From Alphaproteobacteria bacterium (lineage in GTDB: Bacteria; Pseudomonadota; Alphaproteobacteria; Thalassobaculales; Thalassobaculaceae), in NCBI GenBank assembly GCA_022822665.1, contig JAJEAR010000030.1, positions 64,363 through 128,362 on the forward strand: a DNA stretch of 64,000 nucleotides, in the 5' to 3' direction. This document shows positions 21,433 to 30,847 of the stretch, piece after piece (the first letter of the stretch is position 1; each line of letters starts with the position of its first letter). The translations under genes were made by a program, and so were the position numbers. Below the pieces are notes generated by a model. It was not told the origin of the DNA. It saw only the letters and a list, made by a program, of their open reading frames with translations, and ran no database searches.

Positions 21433-21573
21433 GTCGTGTTCTCCCGCCGGTTCTGTCCCCGCCGTGGATCCGTTCAACACGGCGTCGAGCCCGACGATAG
21501 ACCGACACGCGCCGCGGCGCCAGACGGCAACCGGTCCATGCCCCGGCCGATCGGTTCGTGGCATAGTCGCACC

Positions 21574-22470
21574 ATGGAGTCCGGCCACGCACCTTTCGAC
21601 CGTCGCCTGCTGCGGGAGCGGCGTGACCGGGCTGCGCCCGGGTTCGGCGAACATGATTTCCTGCTGCGCGAGGCGGCAACGCGCCTGCTCGAACGCCTGC
21701 TCGATCTCAACCGGGAGTTTTCCACCGTCCTCGACCTCGGCGGCCGGACCGGGGTGCTGGCCGAGGTATGGCCCCGCGTCCGCCGACCGCGCATGCTGGT
21801 CCATGCAGACCTGTCGGTGGCGATGGCCGAGGCTGCGGCGCGGCAGGGACCGGCGCTCGCCTGCGACGAGGAACAGCTCCCGTTTGCCGAGGCCAGCCTG
21901 GACGCGGTGGTGAGCTGCCTGGCACTGCACTGGACCAACGATCTGCCGGGCGCACTGGTCCAGCTTCGCCGGGCGCTGCGGCCCGACGGGCTGTTGCTGG
22001 CGTCAATGCTCGGAGCAGGGACCCTGGGTGAGCTTCGTGACTGCCTTGCGGAGGCGGAACTCGAAACCATGGGCGGGTTGAGTCCGAGGATCTCGCCGAT
22101 GGCGGATGTCCGCGATCTCGGCAGCCTGCTGCAACGCGCCGGTTTCGCGTTGCCGGTGGTCGACAGCGACGAGATCACCGTCACCTATGCGACGGCTTTT
22201 GACCTGATGCGGGACCTGCGCGGCATGGCGGAGACCAACCTGGTGGTGGAGCGCCGGCGTACGCCCCCGAGGGCAGCGCTGTTCATGCGGGCCGCCGAAC
22301 TCTACAGGCAGCGCCATGCAACCGCGGACGGCCGGATCCGGGCCAGTTTCCGGATCCTGACCATGACAGGCTGGGCGCCGCACCCGGTCCAGCAGCGCCC
22401 GTTGCGCCCCGGCACCGCCCGGTTGTCGCTGGCGGATGCGGTGGGCCACAACCAGGGGGATCACGGTTGA
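21574..22470 (+). CDS. Class I SAM-dependent methyltransferase (BioC/NDUFAF5-like)
   Basis: This is the 3' part of the 671-aa ORF 20455..22470, with the start placed at ATG 21574 (MESGHAPFDRRL...). Motif I is VLDLGGRTG. The upstream part of the ORF is antisense to mmsB and the CoA-transferase. Confidence 0.8.
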   Translation: MESGHAPFDRRLLRERRDRAAPGFGEHDFLLREAATRLLERLLDLNREFSTVLDLGGRTGVLAEVWPRVRRPRMLVHADLSVAMAEAAARQGPALACDEEQLPFAEASLDAVVSCLALHWTNDLPGALVQLRRALRPDGLLLASMLGAGTLGELRDCLAEAELETMGGLSPRISPMADVRDLGSLLQRAGFALPVVDSDEITVTYATAFDLMRDLRGMAETNLVVERRRTPPRAALFMRAAELYRQRHATADGRIRASFRILTMTGWAPHPVQQRPLRPGTARLSLADAVGHNQGDHG

Positions 22471-23762
22471 TGAACAGCATGGGCGTGACCGACACCTTCC
22501 GGCCGGCACCCTACTGGTGGGACCGAACGCCGCCGGAGCCCGCTGCGGAGGTCGAACTCCCCACCCGCGCCGATGCCGTGATCGTCGGGTCGGGCTACAC
22601 CGGGCTTTCGGCGGCGCTGCAGCTGGCCCGGGCCGGTCGCGAGGTGGTCGTGCTCGAGGCCGAGACCGCCGGCTGGGGCTGCAGTTCGCGCAACGGCGGG
22701 CAGATCAGTACCAGCATCAAGCCGGAAGAGGATGATCTGGCCCGTCGTCACGGGGCCGACGTTGCGCGTGGGGTCGTGGCGGAGGGACGTGCCGCGCTGG
22801 CCTGGATCGGGGATTTCGTGCGCGAGGAGGGTATTGACTGCGACTTCCGGGTGCCCGGCCGGTTCCACGCCGCGCACAGCCGGGCCGCCTACGAAAGGCT
22901 CGCCCGTTCGATCGATGACAGCACCGGCGATGCCTGGGTGGTTCCCCGCGCGGACCAGCACCATGAAATCGGAAGCGATGCCTACTGCGGTGGTGTCGTT
23001 TACCCCTCCCACGCTTCGGTCGATCCCGCGCGCCTGCATCGCGGACTGCTGGACCGGGCCCGCGCAGCGGGCGTGATCCTGGTCACCGGTTGCCGGGCCA
23101 GCCGGCTGGCGCGCACCGGCGCGGTGACCACCGTGTCGACCTCGCGTGGCGACATCGAAGCCGGCGCGGTCATCGTGGCCACCAACGGCTATACCGACGG
23201 GCTGATGCCGTGGTTGCGCCGGCGCGTGATCCCGATCGGCAGCTACATGATCGCGACCGAGCCACTGGCGCCGGGGATGCTTGACCGCCTGCTGCCGACC
23301 GATCGGGTGATCAGCGACACCCGCGACGTCGTCTACTACTACCGGCCATCGCCGGATCGCACCCGCATCCTGTTCGGCGGACGGGTGACCACGGGCGAGG
23401 CCTCTCCGCTGAGGGCGGGCACCCTGTTGCGCCGGGACCTTGTCCGGCTGTTTCCCGAACTGTCGGGAGTGCGGGTCAGCCACTCGTGGATGGGCTTCGT
23501 CGCCTATACCTTCGACAGGCTGGCGCATGTCGGCGAGCACGATGGCGTACACTACGCCATGGGCTACTGCGGATCCGGAGTGTCGATGGCGTGCTACCTC
23601 GGCACGAGGCTGGGCCAGCGGGTGCTCGGACGCCCGCAAGGGCGTACCGGTTTCGACAGCGTGCCGTTTTCGACCCGGCCGTTGTATACCGGCCGGCCCT
23701 GGTTCCTGCCCGCGGCCGTTGCCTGGTACCGGTGGCGTGACCGGATTGGCACGCGACAGTGA
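22470..23762 (+). CDS. FAD-dependent oxidoreductase (DAO family)
   Basis: It has a dinucleotide-binding motif (DAVIVGSGYTGLSAALQLARAG). The start overlaps the upstream stop (TTGATGA). Confidence 0.85.
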   Translation: MNSMGVTDTFRPAPYWWDRTPPEPAAEVELPTRADAVIVGSGYTGLSAALQLARAGREVVVLEAETAGWGCSSRNGGQISTSIKPEEDDLARRHGADVARGVVAEGRAALAWIGDFVREEGIDCDFRVPGRFHAAHSRAAYERLARSIDDSTGDAWVVPRADQHHEIGSDAYCGGVVYPSHASVDPARLHRGLLDRARAAGVILVTGCRASRLARTGAVTTVSTSRGDIEAGAVIVATNGYTDGLMPWLRRRVIPIGSYMIATEPLAPGMLDRLLPTDRVISDTRDVVYYYRPSPDRTRILFGGRVTTGEASPLRAGTLLRRDLVRLFPELSGVRVSHSWMGFVAYTFDRLAHVGEHDGVHYAMGYCGSGVSMACYLGTRLGQRVLGRPQGRTGFDSVPFSTRPLYTGRPWFLPAAVAWYRWRDRIGTRQ

Positions 23763-23777
23763 CCGGAGGCCGCCGGG

Positions 23778-24221
23778 TCACCGCCGGTGTACCGGGTTCC
23801 GGCCCGACTGGATTTTCCGGATGTCGTCGGGCCACGTGGACCTGATCCACGCCAGGATGTCCCAGATTTCCCCGTCGTCGAGCACGTCGGCGAACCCGGG
23901 CATGCCGCTCCCGAACCCGGTGATGCCGCGTTCGCGCATCAGCGCCTCGCCACCCAGTTTCGAATAGTCGAACAGCAGCTGGTTGTCGTGGTGCCAGGTG
24001 TGGCCGCTCGCATCGTGCGGAGGGGCGGGCAGGATGCCGTCGGCTCCCGGAGTCCGCCAGTTCGCCTCTCCCTCGAGCTCGACGCCATGACAGGATGCGC
24101 AGTGCTCCTGGTACAGCACCTGTCCCCTGGCGGTGTTGCGGTTCTCCAGTTCGTGGTCGGCGTTCACGACCACGGGCCAGCCCACGAACAGAATTGCGAG
24201 GATCCGTCCGGCCGTGATCAT
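23778..24221 (-). CDS. Membrane-anchored c-type cytochrome
   Basis: ORF trimmed to ATG 24221 (MITAGRILAILFVGW...). A single CxxCH site (CASCH) is present. It is the last gene of the copper operon. Confidence 0.8.
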   Translation of the reverse strand: MITAGRILAILFVGWPVVVNADHELENRNTARGQVLYQEHCASCHGVELEGEANWRTPGADGILPAPPHDASGHTWHHDNQLLFDYSKLGGEALMRERGITGFGSGMPGFADVLDDGEIWDILAWIRSTWPDDIRKIQSGRNPVHRR

Positions 24222-24249
24222 GGTCCTTCCCTCCCGTTCGGGGCCTGTT

Positions 24250-25122
24250 TCACGTTCCGGTCCCGTGTGGCGGGCCGGCAAGCGTGGTGAGCACCGCGGT
24301 CGCCATGAGTACCAGACCGACCAGAGCCATCTCGGCGGCAATCGATCGGCGCAGTCCTCTCGCCGCAGTCCGTTCACCCGCGCGCAGGGCGGGCACGAAC
24401 CGGAACCTGTTGACCGCACCGGCCGCCAGCAGACCGGCAACCGCTCCGAGCTTGACAAGCAGGACCGCTCCGTACCCGGTCGTGACCAGTGCCGAGGGGT
24501 GACCGAGCAGGCGCCACGCCATCACCGCTCCGGCGAGGACCAGGACCGGGACGGTGACCTGCGCGATGGTACCGAACCTGGTACCCAGCCTGGCCGCAAG
24601 CGCGTGCGTGCCGGAGTCGATCAGCATGTGGCGCAGCGGAAACAGGATGCCGATCCAGAACGCGGCGGCGGCGAGGTGCAGCACCAGCAGCGCGCGCAGC
24701 CACGGTGCATCGAATTCCGCCACGTGGCCGACACCGGTGACCGACCAGAGTGCCAGCAGCCCTCCCGCGGCGGCAAGCGGAAGCGCACCGCAGAACAGCC
24801 CGGCCAGGAGCAGTACCAGGCCGGCGCACCGCATTCCCAGCGCCGTGCCGACCGGTGTGTGCCAGAGCATGCCGAGGAGTTCCGCGTTGACCATGCCGAA
24901 GACCCCGTCGACAAGTGCTCCGGCGGTGACCATGAATCCCAGCGCGGTGGCGACAAGGGCGAGTAGCGCCAGAATACCCGCCCGGGTCGCGATGTATCGG
25001 TGCAGGGCTTCGGTCTCGGAGCGAAACACCATCCGGACCAGCACCAGCCCGGCGGAGCCGAGCAACCCGAGGCTGGTCAGGAACCGGACCGCGATTGATG
25101 CCAGTTCCCAGGCGTCCGGCAT
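24250..25122 (-). CDS. copD: Copper resistance protein CopD family (inner membrane)
   Basis: The 290-aa polytopic protein lies directly downstream of copC. Confidence 0.8.
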   Translation of the reverse strand: MPDAWELASIAVRFLTSLGLLGSAGLVLVRMVFRSETEALHRYIATRAGILALLALVATALGFMVTAGALVDGVFGMVNAELLGMLWHTPVGTALGMRCAGLVLLLAGLFCGALPLAAAGGLLALWSVTGVGHVAEFDAPWLRALLVLHLAAAAFWIGILFPLRHMLIDSGTHALAARLGTRFGTIAQVTVPVLVLAGAVMAWRLLGHPSALVTTGYGAVLLVKLGAVAGLLAAGAVNRFRFVPALRAGERTAARGLRRSIAAEMALVGLVLMATAVLTTLAGPPHGTGT

Positions 25123-25125
25123 GTC

Positions 25126-25548
25126 TCAGCGCACCTGGAATTCCAGGGAGTTCCTCATCACATGTCCGTCGGCTGACAGGCCGCGCCACTCGATACGGTA
25201 CCGTCCGCTGCCCCGATCCTCGATGGCAAGCTCGAACCGGGTCGCGAATCCCGTCTGCGAGCCGGGGTCGAGTTCCACCTCCTGGCCGTCGTTGTGGCTC
25301 ATCAGGACCCGGGTCAGGCGCAGACCGTCCGCAAAGGTCAGCACCACCCGGGCGGGGGCCTGCTTCAGGACCGCGCCGTTCTCCGGCTCCGTGGTTTCGA
25401 CGCGGGAATGGGGCAGTGCCGGCGACGCCACGAGCGTGACCAGCACCGCCATTGCCATCGGCGGGAACCACCACCGTCCCGCGGTACCCGTGCGTGTCCC
25501 GCCGGTCCGGCGAGCCCGGGCTCCCGGCGCTGTCGGTCTCAGTGACAT
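25126..25548 (-). CDS. copC: Copper resistance protein CopC (periplasmic Cu chaperone)
   Basis: After a signal peptide the mature N-terminus starts at His (ALP/HSRVETTEPENGAVL...), and the C-terminus is WRGLSADGHVM. The start at ATG 25548 overlaps the DUF4396 stop by 10 nt. An alternative start lies at 25458. Confidence 0.8.
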   Translation of the reverse strand: MSLRPTAPGARARRTGGTRTGTAGRWWFPPMAMAVLVTLVASPALPHSRVETTEPENGAVLKQAPARVVLTFADGLRLTRVLMSHNDGQEVELDPGSQTGFATRFELAIEDRGSGRYRIEWRGLSADGHVMRNSLEFQVR

Positions 25549-25985
25549 GCGCGCCCGAGTGCCTTCAGCCGCCAGTAGTTGTAGGGAAGCGGGGTGACGA
25601 AACCGGCGGCGAGCATCAGCGGTACCACCCACCAGGTCAGTACGGCTCCTCCGGTCAGCGCCCAGTCCACGGCATTCATTACCGCCTCCATGGCGATCAT
25701 CGAGATGAACGACATGCCGATTGCCGTGCGGAACGCGGCTCCCGGATCCATCTGCCGGGACAGGATCACCGTCTCCAGCGCGATCGAGGTCAGCAGGCCG
25801 TTCACGATCGCGAGGGCCATGATCGCCAGCGTCGGCCAGGGAATGCCTGTCATCTGGAAAAAGGCGATTGTCCCGAGGTCACCGATCGCGCACCCGAGCA
25901 GACACCAGCCGGTGTTGCGTGACGCCCGGTTCCACGTACCCCGGCATCGCCAGTCGATCGCCATCCGGACGGTCAGGTCTGTCAT
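25539..25985 (-). CDS. DUF4396-like membrane protein
   Basis: The 148-aa product has ~4 TM segments and an N-terminal Cys pair (CLLGCAIGD). It is the first gene after the MerR-type promoter. Confidence 0.6.
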   Translation of the reverse strand: MTDLTVRMAIDWRCRGTWNRASRNTGWCLLGCAIGDLGTIAFFQMTGIPWPTLAIMALAIVNGLLTSIALETVILSRQMDPGAAFRTAIGMSFISMIAMEAVMNAVDWALTGGAVLTWWVVPLMLAAGFVTPLPYNYWRLKALGRACH

Positions 25986-26014
25986 CTCCGCGCCCCTTGT
26001 CCTCCACGCAGTCG

Positions 26015-26046
26015 TACCGTAGGGTTTCCAGCAACAGGAGAGTCAA
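26015..26046 (-). promoter_or_regulatory. MerR/CueR-type promoter for the DUF4396-copC-copD-cytochrome c operon
   Basis: The minus strand reads TTGACT-(19 nt: ctcctgttgctggaaaccc)-TACGGT. A 19-nt spacer is the hallmark of MerR-family activated promoters. The site sits in the divergent cueR intergenic region. Confidence 0.5.
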
Positions 26047-26055
26047 CGCTTGGCG

Positions 26056-26457
26056 ATGAACATTTCCGCTGCCTCGACGATGTGCGGCCTGCCGGTGAAG
26101 ACGGTCAGGTACTACGCCGACATCGGGTTGGTGGTTCCGGCCTCGCGGACCGAGGCCGGATACCGGCTCTACGATGACGAAGCCGTCCGCCGGCTCGTCT
26201 TCGTCCGTCGGGCGCGGGAGTTCGGGTTCTCGATCGGGGAATGCCGGGAGCTGCTCGGCCTGTATGCCGACCGACGCCGGTCAAGCGCGGACGTCAAGCG
26301 GATCGCGACACGGCGGCTCCGGCAGATCGCGTCCAAGCAGCGCGAGCTGCAGTCGCTGCACGACGAACTCGCCCATCTCGTCGAGGCGTGCAGCGGCGAC
26401 GACAGGCCGGACTGTCCCATCATCGACGGGCTGGGCAGGCGCCACTCCGGCGAGTGA
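26056..26457 (+). CDS. cueR: Cu(I)-responsive MerR-family regulator CueR
   Basis: It has an N-terminal HTH (MNISAASTMCGLPVKTVRYYADIGLV) and a C-terminal metal loop (CSGDDRPDCP, Cys-X7-Cys). Confidence 0.85.
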   Translation: MNISAASTMCGLPVKTVRYYADIGLVVPASRTEAGYRLYDDEAVRRLVFVRRAREFGFSIGECRELLGLYADRRRSSADVKRIATRRLRQIASKQRELQSLHDELAHLVEACSGDDRPDCPIIDGLGRRHSGE

Positions 26458-26706
26458 CCGGCAGCCCCCCGATGCCGCACACGCCATCGTCCCGATCCGG
26501 TCTGCGGGCCCCGGGACCCCCGCCTTCCGCTCAGGTGTGCCACCCCGCAGGACCGTCGCTGAGCGCGGGGCGGGAACGGGTGCCGCGCGAGAGGGCTGAC
26601 GCACGGAACAGTTTGGAGTAAGGCTCGCTTCGCGGGACGCAGTTGTCGTCAGCACGGACGCGCCACCGGGTCCCGAGTGCTGGCCGGCGGCCGAAGAAGG
26701 GCCACG

Positions 26707-27687
26707 ATGGGAAGGAAGGCGATGATCACACCGGTCGGGTTCATTCCCTGCGCGCGGGCGGTGCCGCGCTTTATCGCGCTCGCAGCCGGCCTGGTGGCGT
26801 TGCTGTCCGCGGTGGTCACGCCGCTCGGCGCGCATGACCGCCAAGATGCGACCCCGCGCATTGCCGTGGTTTCCGCCTTTGCACCCGAGATGACCATTCT
26901 CCAGGCGGAACTCGAGGGGGCGTCGGAGCATTCGCTCAACGGCGTAGCGTTTGCCACCGGCACGCTGGAAAGCCGCGACGTCGTGCTGTTCCTGAGCGGG
27001 ATCAGCGTCGTCAACGCGGCAATGACCGTGCAACTCGCCCTGGATCACTTCACAGTGGATCGCATCCTGTTCTCCGGCATCGCGGGCGGGGTGGATCCCG
27101 GACTGAACATCGGTGATGTCGTGATCGCCGACCGGTGGGCGCAGTATCTCGAGATGCTGTTCGCGCGTCAGGTGGAGGGCGGCTGGGCCACGATGCCCTT
27201 CTTCGAGTACCCCTACGCGAATTTCGGCATGATGTTCCCGCGCTCGGTTACCGTGACCAGCGAGGGTACCGGGTCACCGGAAACCCGGTTCTGGTTTCCG
27301 GTGGACGGGGAGATGCTGGCGGGCGTCCGCCGGGCGGCCCCGGCAACAGTGCTCGCTCGCTGCGTGGCAGAGGACAAGTGCCTGCGTGACACGCCGCGGG
27401 TCGTCGTGGGGGGTGCTGGCGTGTCTGGTGGAGCCTTCGTCGACAATGCCGCCTTCCGGACGTGGGTCTTCGAGACGTTCAAGGCGCGCGTCCTGGACAT
27501 GGAGAGCGCGGCCGTTGCCCATGTCGCCTACGCGAACGGTGTGCCGTTCATCGCCGTTCGCAGCCTCGCCGACCTCGCCGGAGGCGGTGAGGGCGCCAAC
27601 CAGATGGAGGTGTTCCTCGAGCTTGCGGCCGGAAACGCCGCGACGGTGGTCAGGGCACTGTTGCGGGAGATGCCGACGCCGGACTGA
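26707..27687 (+). CDS. Exported PNP_UDP_1 family nucleosidase/phosphorylase (MTA/SAH nucleosidase-like)
   Basis: A hydrophobic N-terminus is followed by RIAVVSAFAPE..., FSGIAGGVDP and LDMESAAVAHVA motifs. The start is uncertain (26677, 26707 or 26722). Confidence 0.7.
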   Translation: MGRKAMITPVGFIPCARAVPRFIALAAGLVALLSAVVTPLGAHDRQDATPRIAVVSAFAPEMTILQAELEGASEHSLNGVAFATGTLESRDVVLFLSGISVVNAAMTVQLALDHFTVDRILFSGIAGGVDPGLNIGDVVIADRWAQYLEMLFARQVEGGWATMPFFEYPYANFGMMFPRSVTVTSEGTGSPETRFWFPVDGEMLAGVRRAAPATVLARCVAEDKCLRDTPRVVVGGAGVSGGAFVDNAAFRTWVFETFKARVLDMESAAVAHVAYANGVPFIAVRSLADLAGGGEGANQMEVFLELAAGNAATVVRALLREMPTPD

Positions 27688-27940
27688 TCGCGTCCCGGCA
27701 TGATACCGACGCATCCGTCGCCCCGGCCCGCAAGATCGGGAAGCGGCTGCACCCGGCTGCCCGGGCCCGTTCCGTCTGTGGCCGCAGCCAGGGCGTGTGC
27801 AGCCGCGACGCCCGTTGCCGAATCACGACTGACCCGGCGCGGGAACAGTCCGGTCGCAAGGCAGTGGAGGCTCGTGGCCGCAGACAGGGTGCCGGGTGAG
27901 CCCGGGTAGTTCCATCGCTGTCCGGGCGGTATCATGCGGC

Positions 27941-28929
27941 TTGGATGACGAAGCCACGCTCGCGGAGATCCGGCGCGCCGCCCGGGCGGTGCTCGACGCC
28001 TGACCCGAGGCCAGGGCGGCGGTGCTGTTCGGATCACGGGCGCGGGGGACCCACGGGCCGCACAGCGACTGGGACATCGCCTTCATCACCGCCGGAGACG
28101 GCGATCGCCGCGACGTCGTCCCGGACGGCCTCCCGCTGCGGCACGAATGCCTCCGGAACGAGGTCAACGACATCGCCATTCCGGAGAAGCTCGTCGAGTG
28201 CAAGGCGCTCTGCATCGGTCACGTCGGCCGGGGGATCGCCGTCGATGGCCGGGTCCTCGCCGGGGACTGGTCCAGGCCGAAGATGGAAGGGGTGCCGGTG
28301 ATGAACCCGGAAAGGTACAAGAGATCGCTCTACGCCTCGCTTGGCAGGATCGAGGTGGCAATCGGAGCCTCGGCCGATATCGAGCGCGCGCCGGGTCGTG
28401 ACGATATCTTCGAGAGAGTCGACCGGTTCGTGGCTGCCGCCGCCGATGCGGCAGAACATCTGGCCAAGGCCGTCATGGGTCGCCACGGGATCGACGCCTG
28501 GCACACCCATGACCTGAAGAACTCGCGGGCCAGGCGCGCCAGGCCGGCCTCGGGACGCTGGCTGACGACGTCGCCCGCATGAACGGTGCTGCGAGACACG
28601 ACCACCTTGCCGGATACTACGGCGCGGACCGGGACAGCCTTGCCCACGCCATCGACCGGGTGCCGGTCATCCTGAATCTCACGCGCAGGGAACTGGCCGC
28701 ACTCGAAGCGGATTTTCTCAACCCGCAGGAGACAGCGAAGTTGCTGACCGCTGCCGCCAGACGGTTCCGAAGAGCGACCACCGCGCTTCGGGCTGCGATC
28801 GAGCGCGACGGGGCGGACATGATGCTGCCGGCGCCCGTCGACTGGGTCACGCCGCTGCTGTGCACCCGCAGGGCCCTGGCGGCGGCGCTCGACGATGCGG
28901 CCAGTGTCCTCGAGCGGGACGACCGGTAG
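27941..28929 (+). pseudogene. Nucleotidyltransferase (MNT-like)-HEPN fusion gene, disrupted (in-frame TGA at 28001-28003, frameshift near 28511-28520)
   Basis: The NTase motif is LFGSRARGTHGPHSDWDIAF. The 5' extension LDDEATLAEIRRAARAVLDA*PEARAAVLFG is in frame, and the stop aligns with Trp in the paralog at 34670..35317. The HEPN-like tail (THDL.. then ELAGQARQ...ARHDHLAGYYG) continues in another frame (ORF 28579..28929). Confidence 0.65.
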
Positions 28930-29440
28930 CCGAGCTCGACGTCGCCCTTCGCCGACCCGGACGGCCCATTTTCGACAGGGTGACGTGACGTCACTGCGCC
29001 CGACAGGTCGGTGTCTCGACGTCGCAAGACCGGTTTCAGGACCGGCCACTCCACGGAAAACTGAAAGTACCCCTGTCCTGGAGCGGTGATCTCTTCCGCA
29101 TCATGGCGTCTCCCGTGCACGAAGAGACAGGCAATCATGGTCAGCCGCCGCTCCGGACCCCCGCCGCGGGCACGCGCGCTGCGCATCGCACTTATCGCTG
29201 CCCTCACGTGCCCGGCCATGGCCGGCACCATCGCGATGAAAAGGGGAGTTTCGGTCCCATTTCGTGCATACTTCGCCTTCCTTGGGGTTCGGATCCCGCT
29301 GCCGACGTCTGCGAGGCGCTCCACGCTTTTGCAGGTGTGGCGAACACCATCGCCGCAGTGGCGCTCAACCTGTCCAATGACGGGATTCGCGACGCTCTCG
29401 ATCTGCGGCCCTGCGGCTCGACCTGGACTGGAACGGGACC

Positions 29441-30847
29441 ATGAACGAAGCCCTGCACTATCGAACAATCGTCGAGGTCTCGGAGCTGATCCGCGCGCGT
29501 GAGATCTCGCCGGTCGAACTCGCCGCGATGATGCTGGAACGCATCGAGGCACTCGATGCGTCGCTGCATTCCTACCAGACCGTCATGGCGGAGGAAGCGC
29601 TCGAAGACGCGCGGCGCGCCGAGGCCGAACTTGTCGCCGGTCACGACAGGGGACGGCTGCACGGCATCCCGGTAGCTGTAAAGGACCTGTGCGATACCGC
29701 CGGCACGGTCACGGCGGGAGGCTGCGCCGTACTGGCAGACCGGGTGCCCGAAACCGATTCGACGGTCGTTGCGCGCCTGCGCGATGCCGGAGCGGTCATG
29801 CTCGGCAAGCTGGCGCTCACCGAAGGCGCCATGGCCGGCTACAACCCGGGCTTTGCCGTACCCGAAAACCCGTGGCGCAAGGGGTTCTGGCCCGGGGCGT
29901 CATCAAGCGGGTCCGGGGCCGCCACCGCGGCGGGGCTCGCCTACGCGACACTCGGCAGCGATACGGGTGGCTCGATCCGTCATCCGGCCGCCGTCTGCGG
30001 GACGGTGGGACTCAAACCGACCTGGGGACGGGTAAGCCGATTCGGCGTCCTCGACCTGGCGCCGTCGCTCGACCACGTCGGTCCACTGGCGCGGTGCGCG
30101 GCCGATGCCGGAATCGTGCTCGAGGCAATCGCCGGGCCCGATCCACACGATCCGACCGCCGTTCCCGACCCGGTTCCCGACATGCTCGCCGGGATCTCCC
30201 GCGGTATCGAGGGAATACGGATCGGATGGGATGCAACCTATGGTCTCGCGGATCTGGCGCCGGACTTTGCGGATGCGGTGCTGGCGGGCCTCGAGGTCCT
30301 GCGCGGGCTCGGGGCCGTCATCGTCGAGGTGGCGATGCCGGAAGATCTCGAACGCTATCTCGAGGGATGGCAGGTCCTGTGCTCGGTCGAGGCTCTCCAT
30401 GCGCACCGGGATTTCTGGCCCGGACGCCGCGACGAGTATGGCGCATGGTTCGGCGAATGGCTTGACCGCGGTTCGCAATACAGCGCCGCGGACTACGCCG
30501 CAGCGCACCAACTGCGGCTCGAGTGCAACGGTGCGCTTGCCCGGACCATGGCCGATATCGACCTGCTGCTGTGTCCGTCCACGCCGCAGGCCGCGATTCC
30601 CTATCCCCCGAGTACGGCCTACGGCCCGATTTCCCCTGAGCGACGGGCGTGGGATTCGCGCTACACGGTTCCGATGGACTATGCCGGCCTGCCGACCATC
30701 GCGATGCCGTGCGGACTGGGTCGCTCGGAACTGCCGCTCTCCGTACAGTTGGTTGGCCACCGCTTGTCCGAGCCGTTGCTGGTCCGGGCTGGAGCGGCGT
30801 TCGAGTCCGCGACCGAGTGGCACCGGATGCATCCCCCGGACTGGTAA
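29441..30847 (+). CDS. Amidase (amidase-signature family, GatA-like)
   Basis: LHGIPVAVKDL and GSDTGGSIRHPAAVCGTVGLKPTWGRVSRFG are the amidase-signature motifs. Confidence 0.9.
   Translation: MNEALHYRTIVEVSELIRAREISPVELAAMMLERIEALDASLHSYQTVMAEEALEDARRAEAELVAGHDRGRLHGIPVAVKDLCDTAGTVTAGGCAVLADRVPETDSTVVARLRDAGAVMLGKLALTEGAMAGYNPGFAVPENPWRKGFWPGASSSGSGAATAAGLAYATLGSDTGGSIRHPAAVCGTVGLKPTWGRVSRFGVLDLAPSLDHVGPLARCAADAGIVLEAIAGPDPHDPTAVPDPVPDMLAGISRGIEGIRIGWDATYGLADLAPDFADAVLAGLEVLRGLGAVIVEVAMPEDLERYLEGWQVLCSVEALHAHRDFWPGRRDEYGAWFGEWLDRGSQYSAADYAAAHQLRLECNGALARTMADIDLLLCPSTPQAAIPYPPSTAYGPISPERRAWDSRYTVPMDYAGLPTIAMPCGLGRSELPLSVQLVGHRLSEPLLVRAGAAFESATEWHRMHPPDW

Noticed and set aside
20455-21573. The 5' two-thirds of the 671-aa ORF 20455..22470.
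   Set aside because: It is antisense to the CoA-transferase and mmsB genes and has no motifs. Only the part from ATG 21574 looks like a methyltransferase.
28001-28003. The in-frame TGA codons here and at 38705..38707 read as selenocysteine or other recoding.
   Set aside because: The paralog has Trp (TGG) at the aligned position. Both genes also carry frameshifts, and I saw no SECIS-like hairpin immediately downstream. Nonsense mutation or sequence error is the simpler explanation.
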